Shown here: piece by piece, positions 19,703 to 29,585 of the stretch
Layout: each line of letters starts with the position of its first letter
Numbering within the stretch: the stretch's first letter is position 1
DNA from: Candidatus Sumerlaeales bacterium
GTDB taxonomy: Bacteria > Sumerlaeota > Sumerlaeia > Sumerlaeales > Sumerlaeaceae
Assembly: GCA_038243585.1 (NCBI GenBank)
Contig: JBBSQY010000014.1
Coordinates: 1-64,000 of the forward strand
Length of the DNA stretch: 64,000 nucleotides
Reading direction: 5' to 3'
Made by a program: the position numbers and the translations under genes
The notes under the pieces: generated by a model
What the model was told of the DNA's origin: nothing
The model's input: only the letters and a program-made list of their open reading frames with translations
The model's database searches: none

Positions 19703-20965
19703 ATGATAGCACGACTGCCCCAAACCGCAAAAAACAATTCGATATCTATAAAAGGCTGTATTCTGGCTGGTGTCATTACAGCTTTTGCTGTATCCAGCGC
19801 GTCAGCCCAGTATGAGGTACGCGAGTGGGCGAACTTCGAAGATGGCAAATTGCCTCCGAGCATGATTACCATTGGCGGCGGCTGGCAGAATCGCATGCAG
19901 GTGGTGGCTACGGATTCGGCCACCACGCAGGCTCCGGCTTTTCGCAACGAAGAGGTTGGAAAGAACGTTCTCCGGCTTCAGGCGACTCCAAGGAAAGCAG
20001 ATGCGACCAGCTGGCAGGTGGGTCTTGCCGTGGGCGATGTGGTGGATCGTACCAAACTGGGACCGAATGGCCGCGCACTGTTTCAGGCAGATTTTTATGT
20101 GGAGGAAGACGGCCGGTATCCGAGCATCGCCGTGATGGCCATGGAACCGCCAAAGAACATGGTAAATAACCATGTGGATTCCATCGGCGGGTCTTTTTAC
20201 CGGTTTGGCATCACTAAGGGTGATCGACTTTATTTTTCCCAGGTAGTTCCCGGTGGCGCAACAGCGTCCCGGTTTGAGCAGGACAAGGATCTGCTGACGC
20301 AACTGCCTCGCCCAGGCTGGCACCGCTTCGCCATTGTATGCGAAGGTCCGGAGATTATCCGGTGCTTTGTGGACGGCCGGGAAGCAGCCTTTTCTCCTTT
20401 AAAAGACACCGGCATGACGCAGGTGATGGTCGGTATGTTGCTCGCTGAACAGGACGCATCCTATGCCACGTATGCAGACAATCTTTCAATCCAGATCAGT
20501 GATGACGCGCCAGCGCTTCCAGCCTCGCCTTATGATGCTGGCTGGAATGTGGCCGCTGGCTCGTCTAGCAAAGCGAAGTCATCCGGTGCGAGCACAGCAT
20601 TACCTACCGCTCAGGTCACAACGGCGCTAGGCAGCGATTGGCTGCCCCCGGTTCAGGCATGGAGCAAGGCTCAGTCTGACAAAAAAGGTCTGCTTCTTTA
20701 CTTTTACGCGCCGGGCGTGACCAGGGTGGAAAAGGTAAACCAGATGTTGCAGACAGATGCATCCGCAAAAGCATATATGGCAAAACACGCCTGTGCGCGG
20801 GTGGACGTCAATCAACTTGAGGGCGGCAGCATAGCCAAGAAGTATGGCATCTTTAAAGTGCCAAGCTTCCTGGTTATCTCTCCTGATGCGCAATCCTATA
20901 AGAAGGCATCTCCTGGCGCCAACGACACTTGGCAGCAGATCGAATCGCAGCTGGCGCCGCTGTAG
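19703..20965 (+). CDS. Secreted protein: beta-sandwich (LamG/ConA-like) region + C-terminal thioredoxin-like fold lacking CxxC
   Basis: GAGGA RBS before ATG 19703; signal peptide ending ASA; WHRFAIV..CFVDG; C-terminal LLLYFYAPG..KYGIFKVPSFLVI. Confidence 0.55.
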   Translation: MIARLPQTAKNNSISIKGCILAGVITAFAVSSASAQYEVREWANFEDGKLPPSMITIGGGWQNRMQVVATDSATTQAPAFRNEEVGKNVLRLQATPRKADATSWQVGLAVGDVVDRTKLGPNGRALFQADFYVEEDGRYPSIAVMAMEPPKNMVNNHVDSIGGSFYRFGITKGDRLYFSQVVPGGATASRFEQDKDLLTQLPRPGWHRFAIVCEGPEIIRCFVDGREAAFSPLKDTGMTQVMVGMLLAEQDASYATYADNLSIQISDDAPALPASPYDAGWNVAAGSSSKAKSSGASTALPTAQVTTALGSDWLPPVQAWSKAQSDKKGLLLYFYAPGVTRVEKVNQMLQTDASAKAYMAKHACARVDVNQLEGGSIAKKYGIFKVPSFLVISPDAQSYKKASPGANDTWQQIESQLAPL

Positions 20966-20997
20966 TCCCCTTAAGTTTCTGATGGCTCTGAGATTGC

Positions 20998-21022
20998 GGA
21001 CGGCTCGGAGAGCCGTCCCTAC
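20998..21022. repeat. GTAG-type REP palindrome
   Basis: ggacggctc-gga-gagccgtcc-ctac (reverse complement begins GTAG). Confidence 0.6.
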
Positions 21023-21058
21023 CCAGGAACAGAGGGAACGCGGTTATACTAAAATAAG

Positions 21059-21094
21059 GAAAAGCCCCTGACTGGTTGCAGTCAGGGGCTTTTC
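21059..21094. terminator. Bidirectional Rho-independent terminator
   Basis: gaaaagcccctgactg-gttg-cagtcaggggcttttc between convergent genes. Confidence 0.85.
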
Positions 21095-21119
21095 TATTAT
21101 TGATTGATCGACGCCAGAG

Positions 21120-22673
21120 TTACTTCTGCGCGACCCAGATGTTTTGGAATTGTACCTCGTTACCGTGCTCCTGAAGCTGCAGCGGCGCCGGATGATTTGG
21201 TTCACCTTTGTATTTCGCGCCGCCGGTGGCGTCTGGCAGTTCCACGTTGTCCTGAATCAGAAAGCCATTATGCTTAACGGAGATACGTGCGTTTTCAGTT
21301 TTTTTGTCGCCGTCCCAGCGTGCCGCCGTGAAGCTGATATCATATGTCTGCCATTGCAGAGGTGGGAAGCTCATGTTCAGCTTTGGAGTGCCGACCTTAT
21401 AGATGCCACCGCATTCGTTATCCGCCAGCGGCAAGGAGTAGCTATCCAGCACCTGCACCTCATAGCTGCCCTGCAGATACACGCCGCTGTTTGACCGCTG
21501 TTGTCCGCGGGCATAAGGCATGAGCGATGTACGAAATTCAAGGTGAAGTTCCATGTCGCCAAATTGCTTTTTAGTTTCAATCGTGCCCGTCTTTGGAACG
21601 ATCTGCATTGTGGCATTTTCGGCTATCTTCCACCCAACCGGACTTCCGTCCGCCTTTTGCCACTCGTTAAGACTCGAGCCGTCAAACAGAACTGTTGCAC
21701 CCTCTGGAGCTTTTGCGCCAAGCGTCGGCGACCATCGCTTCACGGGCTTCAGGTCGAATGCGACTCCGTCGGCTCTTGTGCCGGTAAACGTTTTGTTATC
21801 AATAATGCCACTGATCGCGTCCCCCTTGAACCCGACAGTTCCTGTTGTTTCCGCGCGACCGTCCGCCTCGCCAATCTTAGATCCCGTGGTTTCAAACCCG
21901 GTCATGAAGCTCGCGTGAAAGCGGCCATCGCCCAGATCCGTCACTTGCGCGACCAGCGGACTTCCATCTGCAAATTTACCCTCGTAGTCGCCAAAAGGGC
22001 TGTCGCTCTCCCATTTCGTAATAGCGACCTTGTCCCAATCCTTAATTCGGATATTGCGCCAGCGGACTTCCAACGGGGCGGTGGTTTTTACGCCGTGAAC
22101 CTGCAGGGCAATAAATCCGCTGGAGGTCATGCTGTCGTTTACAGTGACAGCGTCTACGCCGTTGATCTTCGTTTTCATGATGTCACCGCGGCAAGAAATG
22201 TACATCTTGTTCCACTCGCCGTGCTTGAAGGCGCTCCGAGCCGGTTCATTGTCCTTTAAATCTTTCAAGAAAACTGCCCGGCGCGCCTCGTCGTATATGG
22301 CGCCAGTGAAATTACGGGGCGATGGATCAATCTCAACCTGATAGCCATGTACCCGACCTTTTTTATATGCAGGGTCGCTGTTGCTACGCACCTGAACGCC
22401 AGAATTCAGCCCCTCATCCACCTTGAATTCCATTTCCAGCTCGAAGTCTGACCATGTCTGATCAGTGCACAGGAAAGCGTTTTCCTTCTGGGCCGGCGCG
22501 GTGCGGCCGATGACAACACCATCCTTTACCTCGTAAGTCGCGTTGCCGCCTCGCTGGGTCCAGCCGTCGAGGCTGTCACCCTTAACAAGGGGTTCCCACT
22601 CTTGTGCGGAGGCGCTGCAGGCGGCTGCCACAACGGCCATCGCCAGCATTCCCGATCGATTCCATAATTTCAT
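21120..22673 (-). CDS. Secreted tandem DUF1080 (3-keto-disaccharide hydrolase-like) protein
   Basis: Two domains with NSGVQVRS..GFIALQVHG and NSGVYLQ..LQLQEHG; signal peptide. Confidence 0.85.
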   Translation of the reverse strand: MKLWNRSGMLAMAVVAAACSASAQEWEPLVKGDSLDGWTQRGGNATYEVKDGVVIGRTAPAQKENAFLCTDQTWSDFELEMEFKVDEGLNSGVQVRSNSDPAYKKGRVHGYQVEIDPSPRNFTGAIYDEARRAVFLKDLKDNEPARSAFKHGEWNKMYISCRGDIMKTKINGVDAVTVNDSMTSSGFIALQVHGVKTTAPLEVRWRNIRIKDWDKVAITKWESDSPFGDYEGKFADGSPLVAQVTDLGDGRFHASFMTGFETTGSKIGEADGRAETTGTVGFKGDAISGIIDNKTFTGTRADGVAFDLKPVKRWSPTLGAKAPEGATVLFDGSSLNEWQKADGSPVGWKIAENATMQIVPKTGTIETKKQFGDMELHLEFRTSLMPYARGQQRSNSGVYLQGSYEVQVLDSYSLPLADNECGGIYKVGTPKLNMSFPPLQWQTYDISFTAARWDGDKKTENARISVKHNGFLIQDNVELPDATGGAKYKGEPNHPAPLQLQEHGNEVQFQNIWVAQK

Positions 22674-22895
22674 TGGTGATTGCTCCTGGTAAATTTCTTT
22701 TAGACTTAACTAAACCGATGTTCCGGAGAGGAATACGATAGTCCAGCGATTTTGCGGGGTTGCGCAGAGACACAATCTCTGCTATCCGTGATGGGCACTG
22801 AGGCGATAATGCGATGAGATTGGAATTGAAAACCGGTTAAAGTCATGTCCAGTCTGTGTTCGCACTTCCAGAAACGTTCGAGGATAATTGAAACT

Positions 22896-23702
22896 ATGCA
22901 TCTCCGCTTATGGCACACGGGCGTTATCGCAACGCTGCTTATTGCCACTTCGCTACAAGGACAGCCGCCCGCTGCCGTGGATAAAAATCAGCAGCTTGTC
23001 CAGATTTCCACCATCAATGCCCTTATTAAAGGGATATACGAAGGGGATACAACCATTGGCGAACTGCGCACAATGGGTTCTTTCGGCATCGGAACGCTCA
23101 ACCATCTGGACGGCGAGATGGTCGCGATGGACGGCACGGTGTATCAGGTGACCAGTGACGGGAAAGTGCATGTTGTGCCGGATGCGGCCAAGACGCCTTT
23201 TGCATCGGTCACTTTCTTTGAGGCGGATACCACGACACCTTCTGTGGACGCAGACAGCTTTGAGGCGCTGCAAAAAGCGATCGATGCGGGACTGCCAAGT
23301 GAAAATCTTTTTTACGCCGTAAAAGTTACCGGTACGTTCCCGAAGATGAAGGTTCGCAGCGTCACCCGCCAATCGGAACCCTATCGGCCACTTACGGAAG
23401 TGGTTAATGAGCAATCCATTTTTGATATTCCCGATACGTCTGGAACCCTTATTGGATTTCGCTGCCCCGACTATGTACAAGGAGTCAACGTAGCGGACTA
23501 CCACATGCATTTTTTAAGCGCCGACAAAACGCAGGGTGGCCATGTGCTTGGGTTTGAATTGAGAGACGGAACGGTCGAAGTGGACAAGCTCGCCAACTAT
23601 CGTCTCATTCTGCCTGAAGATAAGAAATTTCTCGAGGCGGATCTGAGTCCCGGCGGCGACGCAGCTATTCACAAAGTTGAGAAGCTTACCGGGAAAGAAT
23701 AA
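22896..23702 (+). CDS. budA: Alpha-acetolactate decarboxylase with N-terminal signal peptide
   Basis: FGIGTLNHLDGEM, RSV, YHMHF..GGHV Zn ligands; hydrophobic leader. Confidence 0.88.
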   Translation: MHLRLWHTGVIATLLIATSLQGQPPAAVDKNQQLVQISTINALIKGIYEGDTTIGELRTMGSFGIGTLNHLDGEMVAMDGTVYQVTSDGKVHVVPDAAKTPFASVTFFEADTTTPSVDADSFEALQKAIDAGLPSENLFYAVKVTGTFPKMKVRSVTRQSEPYRPLTEVVNEQSIFDIPDTSGTLIGFRCPDYVQGVNVADYHMHFLSADKTQGGHVLGFELRDGTVEVDKLANYRLILPEDKKFLEADLSPGGDAAIHKVEKLTGKE

Positions 23703-23734
23703 AAAAAGGCGCCTCGTGATCGAGGCGCCCTTTT
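23701..23734. terminator. Bidirectional terminator
   Basis: aaaaaaaggcgcctcg-tgat-cgaggcgccctttt. Confidence 0.85.
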
Positions 23735-23753
23735 ATATCTGCTTGTAAGACTT

Positions 23754-24806
23754 TTACCGCGTGCGGGCGGGAATGTATGTGTGAAGAGCCGGGTCTTCGC
23801 TTCCGGTTGATGTCATCAGGCGAAACGCGATGGTGCGGCTAAGCAGCGGGATAAAGACCGTTGGGTAACCGTTGTACTTGGTCATCACGCTGAGCACGTA
23901 TTTTTTCCCGTTCGGCAGGCTGATCAGCGCTGCTTCGTGGTAATTGCGTACGCTGTAGCCGTTGGCGGTAATGATTTCGGCGCCTACTGGAAGGCCGTCC
24001 GCGATTCCGGCCAGGGGTCCGATCTTCTTTTGCTCCAGCGGATGGTGCATATAAGCCTTCATTGCCTGGCTGGCCCCCGGAGAAACCAGTGCGTCGTGGG
24101 ACAGCAGGTAGAACAGGCCGGCAGCCTGGTTGCTGGTCATGCGGTTGCTGTTTTCGTAGTTCATGTGGAGCTTGCGTCCGAGGGTGTCGGCGTCACGGCC
24201 AACAGGGTCGCCGGTTACGAAACGCTGGTTTACGTTAAAATCCTGCAGACCAACACTGGCGAGGTACCAGTTTGCGTATTCGGAGCCTTTAATGGTGCGC
24301 AAATGATTGATAAGGCGATTTGAAGCTTCGTAGTCAGAGTCGCGCAGGCTGGCCATAACATCGGCTTTCATAGCGGATGGAAGGGTTTTGCCCGTAGACG
24401 CTTTAGCGCCGTAGAGAGCTGCTGCGTAGGGAACCCGCGCCAGGCCGCTGGCATAGAGCATCTCTTCGCCATTGACGTGGCCAAGAGCAGCGGTGCAACC
24501 GTCTTCAGGACAGAGTTCGATCATTGTGACCGCCACGTCTCCCTTGTTTAAGGTGCGAACCTGGCTCAGGGTCTGATTAACGATTTCGTTGAGCATCTTG
24601 TCGATACGTTCCGACCGCCGCAGGCTGCACAACAGCGAATTGCTGTATGCGGCCGGCACCGCGCGGAAAGCCGCCGAGGTTTGGTGGTTGTGTACAGCCC
24701 GCTGAACGGGGGCGGCAGGACCAACTTCTACTCTGATGTTGTCACCGCCGGCGATGGCCAGGCCAGCCATAGTTGCAATGGCACCGAGGGATATTATTCT
24801 ACGCAT
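23754..24806 (-). CDS. Secreted class A beta-lactamase-fold (serine hydrolase) protein with degenerate motifs
   Basis: Fold landmarks NRMTSNQAAGL and HEAALISLPNGKKYVLSVMT; SxxK, SxN and KTG positions appear altered. Confidence 0.65.
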   Translation of the reverse strand: MRRIISLGAIATMAGLAIAGGDNIRVEVGPAAPVQRAVHNHQTSAAFRAVPAAYSNSLLCSLRRSERIDKMLNEIVNQTLSQVRTLNKGDVAVTMIELCPEDGCTAALGHVNGEEMLYASGLARVPYAAALYGAKASTGKTLPSAMKADVMASLRDSDYEASNRLINHLRTIKGSEYANWYLASVGLQDFNVNQRFVTGDPVGRDADTLGRKLHMNYENSNRMTSNQAAGLFYLLSHDALVSPGASQAMKAYMHHPLEQKKIGPLAGIADGLPVGAEIITANGYSVRNYHEAALISLPNGKKYVLSVMTKYNGYPTVFIPLLSRTIAFRLMTSTGSEDPALHTYIPARTR

Positions 24807-25068
24807 GGGGGAATGCCTCCGAACAGGTTCTAAAACGATTTTACTAATGAATTAGAACAGACTTAGCCAGTCAGCGAGTTAAATTGCAAGAATTATAATA
24901 CGGTATTATTTTGCAATACAATGCTGTTATTAAACGTGTTAGAATCAAGTTTCCTTAAATACAAAACGAGCAAATCGCTGCGGTTGACGAAATCAATCGC
25001 AGCGATTGGGAAGCCGTTGATCAGCGCTTTCGTGTCACTTTTGGCTGAACAGAAATGTTTACCGTATC

Positions 25069-25102
25069 AAAAAAACGGGCGACTCCAATGAGCCGCCCGT
25101 TT
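25069..25102 (-). terminator. gyrA terminator
   Basis: Minus strand aaacgggcggctc-attg-gagtcgcccgttttttt. Confidence 0.85.
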
Positions 25103-25107
25103 ATCAA

Positions 25108-27765
25108 TTAGTCTTCGTCGTTGTCTGAATCAGCGCTGTCTGGTTCGTCGTCATCTTCGACTTCCACGACCTCGTCTTCATCAGTTTCTTCGCCTGTATC
25201 AGGTTCGACGACTTCTCCGTCGACGACTTCAACGTTATCGCCGTCCATATCCTCGGTAATATCGATACCCTCTTCGTCTTCGTCGTCTTTCTCGGCGAGC
25301 CGGGCAACGCCCATAACCAAATCGTTGGGCTGCAGGTTAATCAGACGAACGCCCTGCGTGTTGCGGCTGATGGTGCGGGTGTCGCCGACGCGGCTACGAA
25401 TGGACATTCCTTCGCGGGTAATCATAATCAATTCGTCTTCATCTATGACTTCTTTGACCGCGACAACCTTGCCGTTGCGTTCATTGGCCTTAATATTGAT
25501 GACGCCTTTACCGCCGCGGCCAATCAGACGATAATCCTCAACGTTGCTCCGCTTGCCGTATCCGTTTTCGCAGACGGTAAGCAGGTCGGCACCGGGGCGC
25601 GGGGTCTCAACTCCGATCACGTAATCGTCGCCCTTGAGGCTGATGCCTCGGACACCGGCAGTGAACCGGCCCATTCCGCGGACAGCAGTTTCGTGGAACC
25701 GGCAAGCCATGCCCATGCGCGTTGCCAGAATAATTTCGCTCTGGCCGTTGGTCAACTTCACGTCACACAGCTCATCGCCTTCGTTGATATTGATGGCCTT
25801 GATACCATTTTTCCGCGGGTTTGAGTACAGCGAAAGTGCCTGTTTACAGACCTGGCCTTTTTTGGTCGCGAAAATCAGGTAGCGGGTATCGTCAAACTGA
25901 TTGCCGACTGGCAACACCGCCCGAATCTTTTCACCTTCGGTAAGCTGTAGCAGATTGACTACAGGCCGCCCTTTGGTTGCGCGTCCTCCCTGGGGAATCT
26001 CGTAGACCTTAAGCCAATGAGCCTGGCCCTTGTCCGTGAAGAACATCAGGTAGTTGTGCGTTGTGCCGATGAAAAGATGCTCGATCCAATCTTCGTCCTT
26101 CGTCTCCACGCCGGTCGAGCCGCGCCCGCCGCGCTTTTGGCGGCGATACAGTGATGTCGGGGTACGTTTGATGTAGCCAGTATGAGAGATTGTGATCATC
26201 ATGTTCTCTTCGGCGATCAAGTCCTCAATGGACAAGTCTCCGCTGTCGTCGATGATCTCAGTGCGGCGCGCATCATTGTACTTCGCTTTGACCTCAAGCA
26301 GTTCTTTGCGAACAATGCTCCAGACTTCACTGGTTTCGGCCAGAATATGGCGATAGCGCGTGATGGCCGCTACAAGCTCTTCTGCTTCATGATAAAGTTT
26401 CGATTTTTCGAGCTGAGTCAGGCGGCTCAGGCGCATCTCAAGGATGGCGGTGGCCTGCTCTTCACTCAGTGGCACAGCCTCGATGGCGTCCGGATCAATC
26501 TGCTTCGCCATGTCCAGGGGAACTTTGAAGGTTGAGATCAGGTTGCGTTTGGCTTCTTCCGGATTGGAAGCGGCACGGATGATTTTGATGACTTCATCAA
26601 TATTATCCTGGACCACTACGAGGCCATGCACGATGTGCAGGCGGCGCTCAGCGCGATCCAGCTCATAGCGGGTGCGTCGGACCACAACATCATTGCGATG
26701 CTGAAGATAATATGTGATCATTTTCGGCAGGCTGAGATAGCGGGGACGGCCGTCTACCAGGGCCAGCATGATCACGCCAAAGGTTGTCTGAAGCTGTGTG
26801 TGCTTGTAGAGGTTATTGATAACCACCTCCGGCACTTCGCCCTTCTTCAACTCTATGACGATGCGCATACCCTTACGGTCGCTCTCGTCGCGAAGGTCGC
26901 TTATGCCGGTGAGCTTTTTGTCGCGGACCAGGTAGGCGATTTCTTCCACCAGCCGGGCTTTGTTCACCTGGTAAGGCAGTTCGGTGACGATAATGGATTC
27001 GCGACTGAGTTTAAGCTGTTCCGTTTTTATCTTGGCCCGCATAACTACGCGGCCACGGCCTGTGCTGTAGGCGTCGAGGATGCCTTTGCGGCCCCGGATA
27101 TATGCGCCAGTTGGGAAGTCAGGACCCGGCATGTGCTTCATCAGATCCTGGACTGTGGCGGCGGGATTTTCGATCATCAGGACGCAGGCGTCAATGACCT
27201 CGCCCATGTTATGAGGGGGAATGTTTGTCGCCATGCCCACGGCGATACCGCCGGAGCCGTTGACCAGCAAGTTCGGAAACGCGGCCGGAAGCACCAAAGG
27301 CTCTACGTGGCTGGAGTCGTAATTGGGGCCGAAGTCGACGGTGTTTTTATCCAGATCCTGCAGTAGCAATGCAGCGTGGTGGCTAAGCCGGGACTCGGTG
27401 TAACGCATGGCCGCTGCGGGATCGCCGTCGACGGAGCCAAAGTTTCCCTGGCCGTCGATAAGCGGGTAACGCAGTGCGAAAGGTTGCGCCATGCGAACGA
27501 GGGTGTCATAAATGGCGGAGTCGCCGTGGGGATGAAAATTACCCATCACGTGACCGACACTCTTGGCAGATTTTTCGTATTTATGGGTCGGGCCAAAACC
27601 CAGATCGTGCATGCCGTATATTACGCGCCGATGTACGGGCTTGAGGCCGTCTCGCACGTCGGGCAGCGCCCGGCCTACGATCACCGACATGGCATAGTCG
27701 ATGTACGAGACTCTCATCTCATCTTCGATGTTTATGGAAATGATCTGTTCGCGGTTATCCTGCAT
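25108..27765 (-). CDS. gyrA: DNA gyrase subunit A
   Basis: [25 protein letters not shown], GyrA-box QKRGGRG, acidic tail; ATG 27765 with AGGAG RBS. Confidence 0.97.
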   Translation of the reverse strand: MQDNREQIISINIEDEMRVSYIDYAMSVIVGRALPDVRDGLKPVHRRVIYGMHDLGFGPTHKYEKSAKSVGHVMGNFHPHGDSAIYDTLVRMAQPFALRYPLIDGQGNFGSVDGDPAAAMRYTESRLSHHAALLLQDLDKNTVDFGPNYDSSHVEPLVLPAAFPNLLVNGSGGIAVGMATNIPPHNMGEVIDACVLMIENPAATVQDLMKHMPGPDFPTGAYIRGRKGILDAYSTGRGRVVMRAKIKTEQLKLSRESIIVTELPYQVNKARLVEEIAYLVRDKKLTGISDLRDESDRKGMRIVIELKKGEVPEVVINNLYKHTQLQTTFGVIMLALVDGRPRYLSLPKMITYYLQHRNDVVVRRTRYELDRAERRLHIVHGLVVVQDNIDEVIKIIRAASNPEEAKRNLISTFKVPLDMAKQIDPDAIEAVPLSEEQATAILEMRLSRLTQLEKSKLYHEAEELVAAITRYRHILAETSEVWSIVRKELLEVKAKYNDARRTEIIDDSGDLSIEDLIAEENMMITISHTGYIKRTPTSLYRRQKRGGRGSTGVETKDEDWIEHLFIGTTHNYLMFFTDKGQAHWLKVYEIPQGGRATKGRPVVNLLQLTEGEKIRAVLPVGNQFDDTRYLIFATKKGQVCKQALSLYSNPRKNGIKAININEGDELCDVKLTNGQSEIILATRMGMACRFHETAVRGMGRFTAGVRGISLKGDDYVIGVETPRPGADLLTVCENGYGKRSNVEDYRLIGRGGKGVINIKANERNGKVVAVKEVIDEDELIMITREGMSIRSRVGDTRTISRNTQGVRLINLQPNDLVMGVARLAEKDDEDEEGIDITEDMDGDNVEVVDGEVVEPDTGEETDEDEVVEVEDDDEPDSADSDNDED

Positions 27766-27997
27766 GGTTCTCCTGAGTAAAAACGGGGACTGGAAGGTCG
27801 CGTCGATACCAAAGGCGCCTAGCACGCCATCGACAGCACAACCCAATTGCCTACCTCAAAACGACATAAATGTTCCCGACACGGAAATTAGGCGAACCCG
27901 GCTTTAGTCAGGCAGCAAACCACAGGCGCTGCCGGGGACTGAGGGGCGCAAAAAAAGCTGAAACGGGGAAACTAATAAGGCGTGGCGTGCAACACTG

Positions 27998-28927
27998 TTA
28001 CAGGTCCGGAAAGAATTGCCCTGGATCGATGGCGGTTTTGCCTTTTAAAATTTCAAAATGAAGGTGGTTTCCGGTTGAAGCTCCGGTGCTGCCAACCTCG
28101 GCTATAAGATCGCCACGATTTACGTTATCGCCGACATCGGCGATAAGCTTGCTGCAGTGACCATAGAGGCTTTCGTATCCGTTCTGGTGATCTACGACGA
28201 CGCAATAGCCATAGCCGCCTTTCCAGCCGCTAAACTTTACCACGCCGCTGTCAGTGGAAAGGATGCGGGCGCCGCGATTAGCGGAAAAATCGATGCCCTT
28301 GTGCATTTTTGAACCGCCGCCAATGGGATGTTTTCTGTATCCGAATGGGCTGCTTATGCGTTTATAATTGGCCACTGGAATGCCGAATCTTCCGGCCACC
28401 GCGCTAGCGACGGCCTTTGCCGCCTGGGTAACTTCTCCGGCCAGCGAAGGTTTTTTCCGACTATCCTTTTTAGGCGTAAACAAATCCCACCTTGTAGTGG
28501 AGGCGGTGTCGGAGTAAAAATTCCTGGATTCAGCTCCTGACGTCAGAGGCGACTCAGGCGCAATCACCGATGCCAGTTCACGATCGCCCGCAGGCTTGTT
28601 TGTCCGGTCAGCGATCGTCTCTGTTTCAAAAGCCAGGTATCCCAAAATGCCATCTTTTTCCAGCTTAACGCCTTCTGCGGATATAGCCGTAATGCGGTGC
28701 CCATAGATAGGATCCCCGACTTTATAGAAGGAGTCCGTATGCGTGTTGAGATCTTCAATGAGAGCGGTAAACTTGCCCTGAAAGCTGGCAGTGCCAACAA
28801 TTCGGACGTGAAGGTTTTCCGGGCGATTTAGGCCGCTGTCAGCAGCCGCCCGCAAAGATCCTATCATTACCAGGCAGAGAGCACCGAACCACAATCTGCC
28901 TTTCCTACTGGTCATCAACAGCATCAA
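27998..28927 (-). CDS. M23 family peptidoglycan endopeptidase with N-terminal signal/anchor
   Basis: HKGIDF (HxxxD), YGHC and STGNHLHFE (HxH). Confidence 0.88.
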   Translation of the reverse strand: MMLLMTSRKGRLWFGALCLVMIGSLRAAADSGLNRPENLHVRIVGTASFQGKFTALIEDLNTHTDSFYKVGDPIYGHRITAISAEGVKLEKDGILGYLAFETETIADRTNKPAGDRELASVIAPESPLTSGAESRNFYSDTASTTRWDLFTPKKDSRKKPSLAGEVTQAAKAVASAVAGRFGIPVANYKRISSPFGYRKHPIGGGSKMHKGIDFSANRGARILSTDSGVVKFSGWKGGYGYCVVVDHQNGYESLYGHCSKLIADVGDNVNRGDLIAEVGSTGASTGNHLHFEILKGKTAIDPGQFFPDL

Positions 28928-29239
28928 TCTCCAATTTGGCCGGCTCTGTTATTGCCGGTCTGTAAGGTATGGTCCAATGCCATCGTGTCCCTATGTTACG
29001 CGGGACTGCATGGCAGTGACTTGTTGTCTTATTGCGGCAGCCGAAAACTGAAAGAACGCAATTTTAACCTACCGGAATATCGCTACGGCCTTTGGCCTAC
29101 CGCGTCAATATAAAAGTGTTCATTTCCGGCGAGTCGCGAACTGAATGCGCGGGCAGGTCTTGGATGACACAGACATTCTATCGCACCGCAAGCCAGGGTC
29201 GTGAGTAAGAAAGCCCGCAGCGAACTATAAATATTACCC

Positions 29240-29464
29240 ATGAAACTGAAGCTGACATTGACGACCCGGGAGCAGGAGCAGGCCGAGGACCGGGCTTATA
29301 TGAGAAGTCTGACTCCGGCGGAACGCCTGGACAGAGCCAACCTTGGTATCGGGGGATCCAACCTGGGTATCGACTCGACTCGTGTAGTTCTGGCCATCAG
29401 GAGGCACTCAGTTGCGCCTGGTTTGCCTACAAACTGGGCGGACTTCGCATCTATCGTTGATTGA
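29240..29464 (+). pseudogene. Possible remnant of a small antitoxin-like gene
   Basis: N-terminal EDRAYMRSLTPAERL resembles small partners of nucleotidyltransferases; the resemblance ends at a 15-bp duplication. Confidence 0.3.
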
Positions 29465-29585
29465 ACTGACCAATTCGCTCCATCATTGACAGACCGTAAA
29501 CAACGATGCCGGTTTTGACCAGACATGAGGATTATCCAGCAGGAATTTCCGCAATAACCAACTTGAAGATAATTTAACGCTTCAT

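Noticed and set aside
23754..24806. Functional beta-lactamase / resistance gene
   Set aside because: The catalytic motifs appear degenerate.
24830..25010. AT-rich gap and inverted repeat (24973-25007) as a possible oriC
   Set aside because: No DnaA-box cluster seen; more simply the promoter region of the beta-lactamase-fold gene.
28930..29240. Possible c-di-AMP/c-di-GMP riboswitch upstream of the M23 peptidase
   Set aside because: I could not find the consensus elements by eye; an Rfam scan would be needed.
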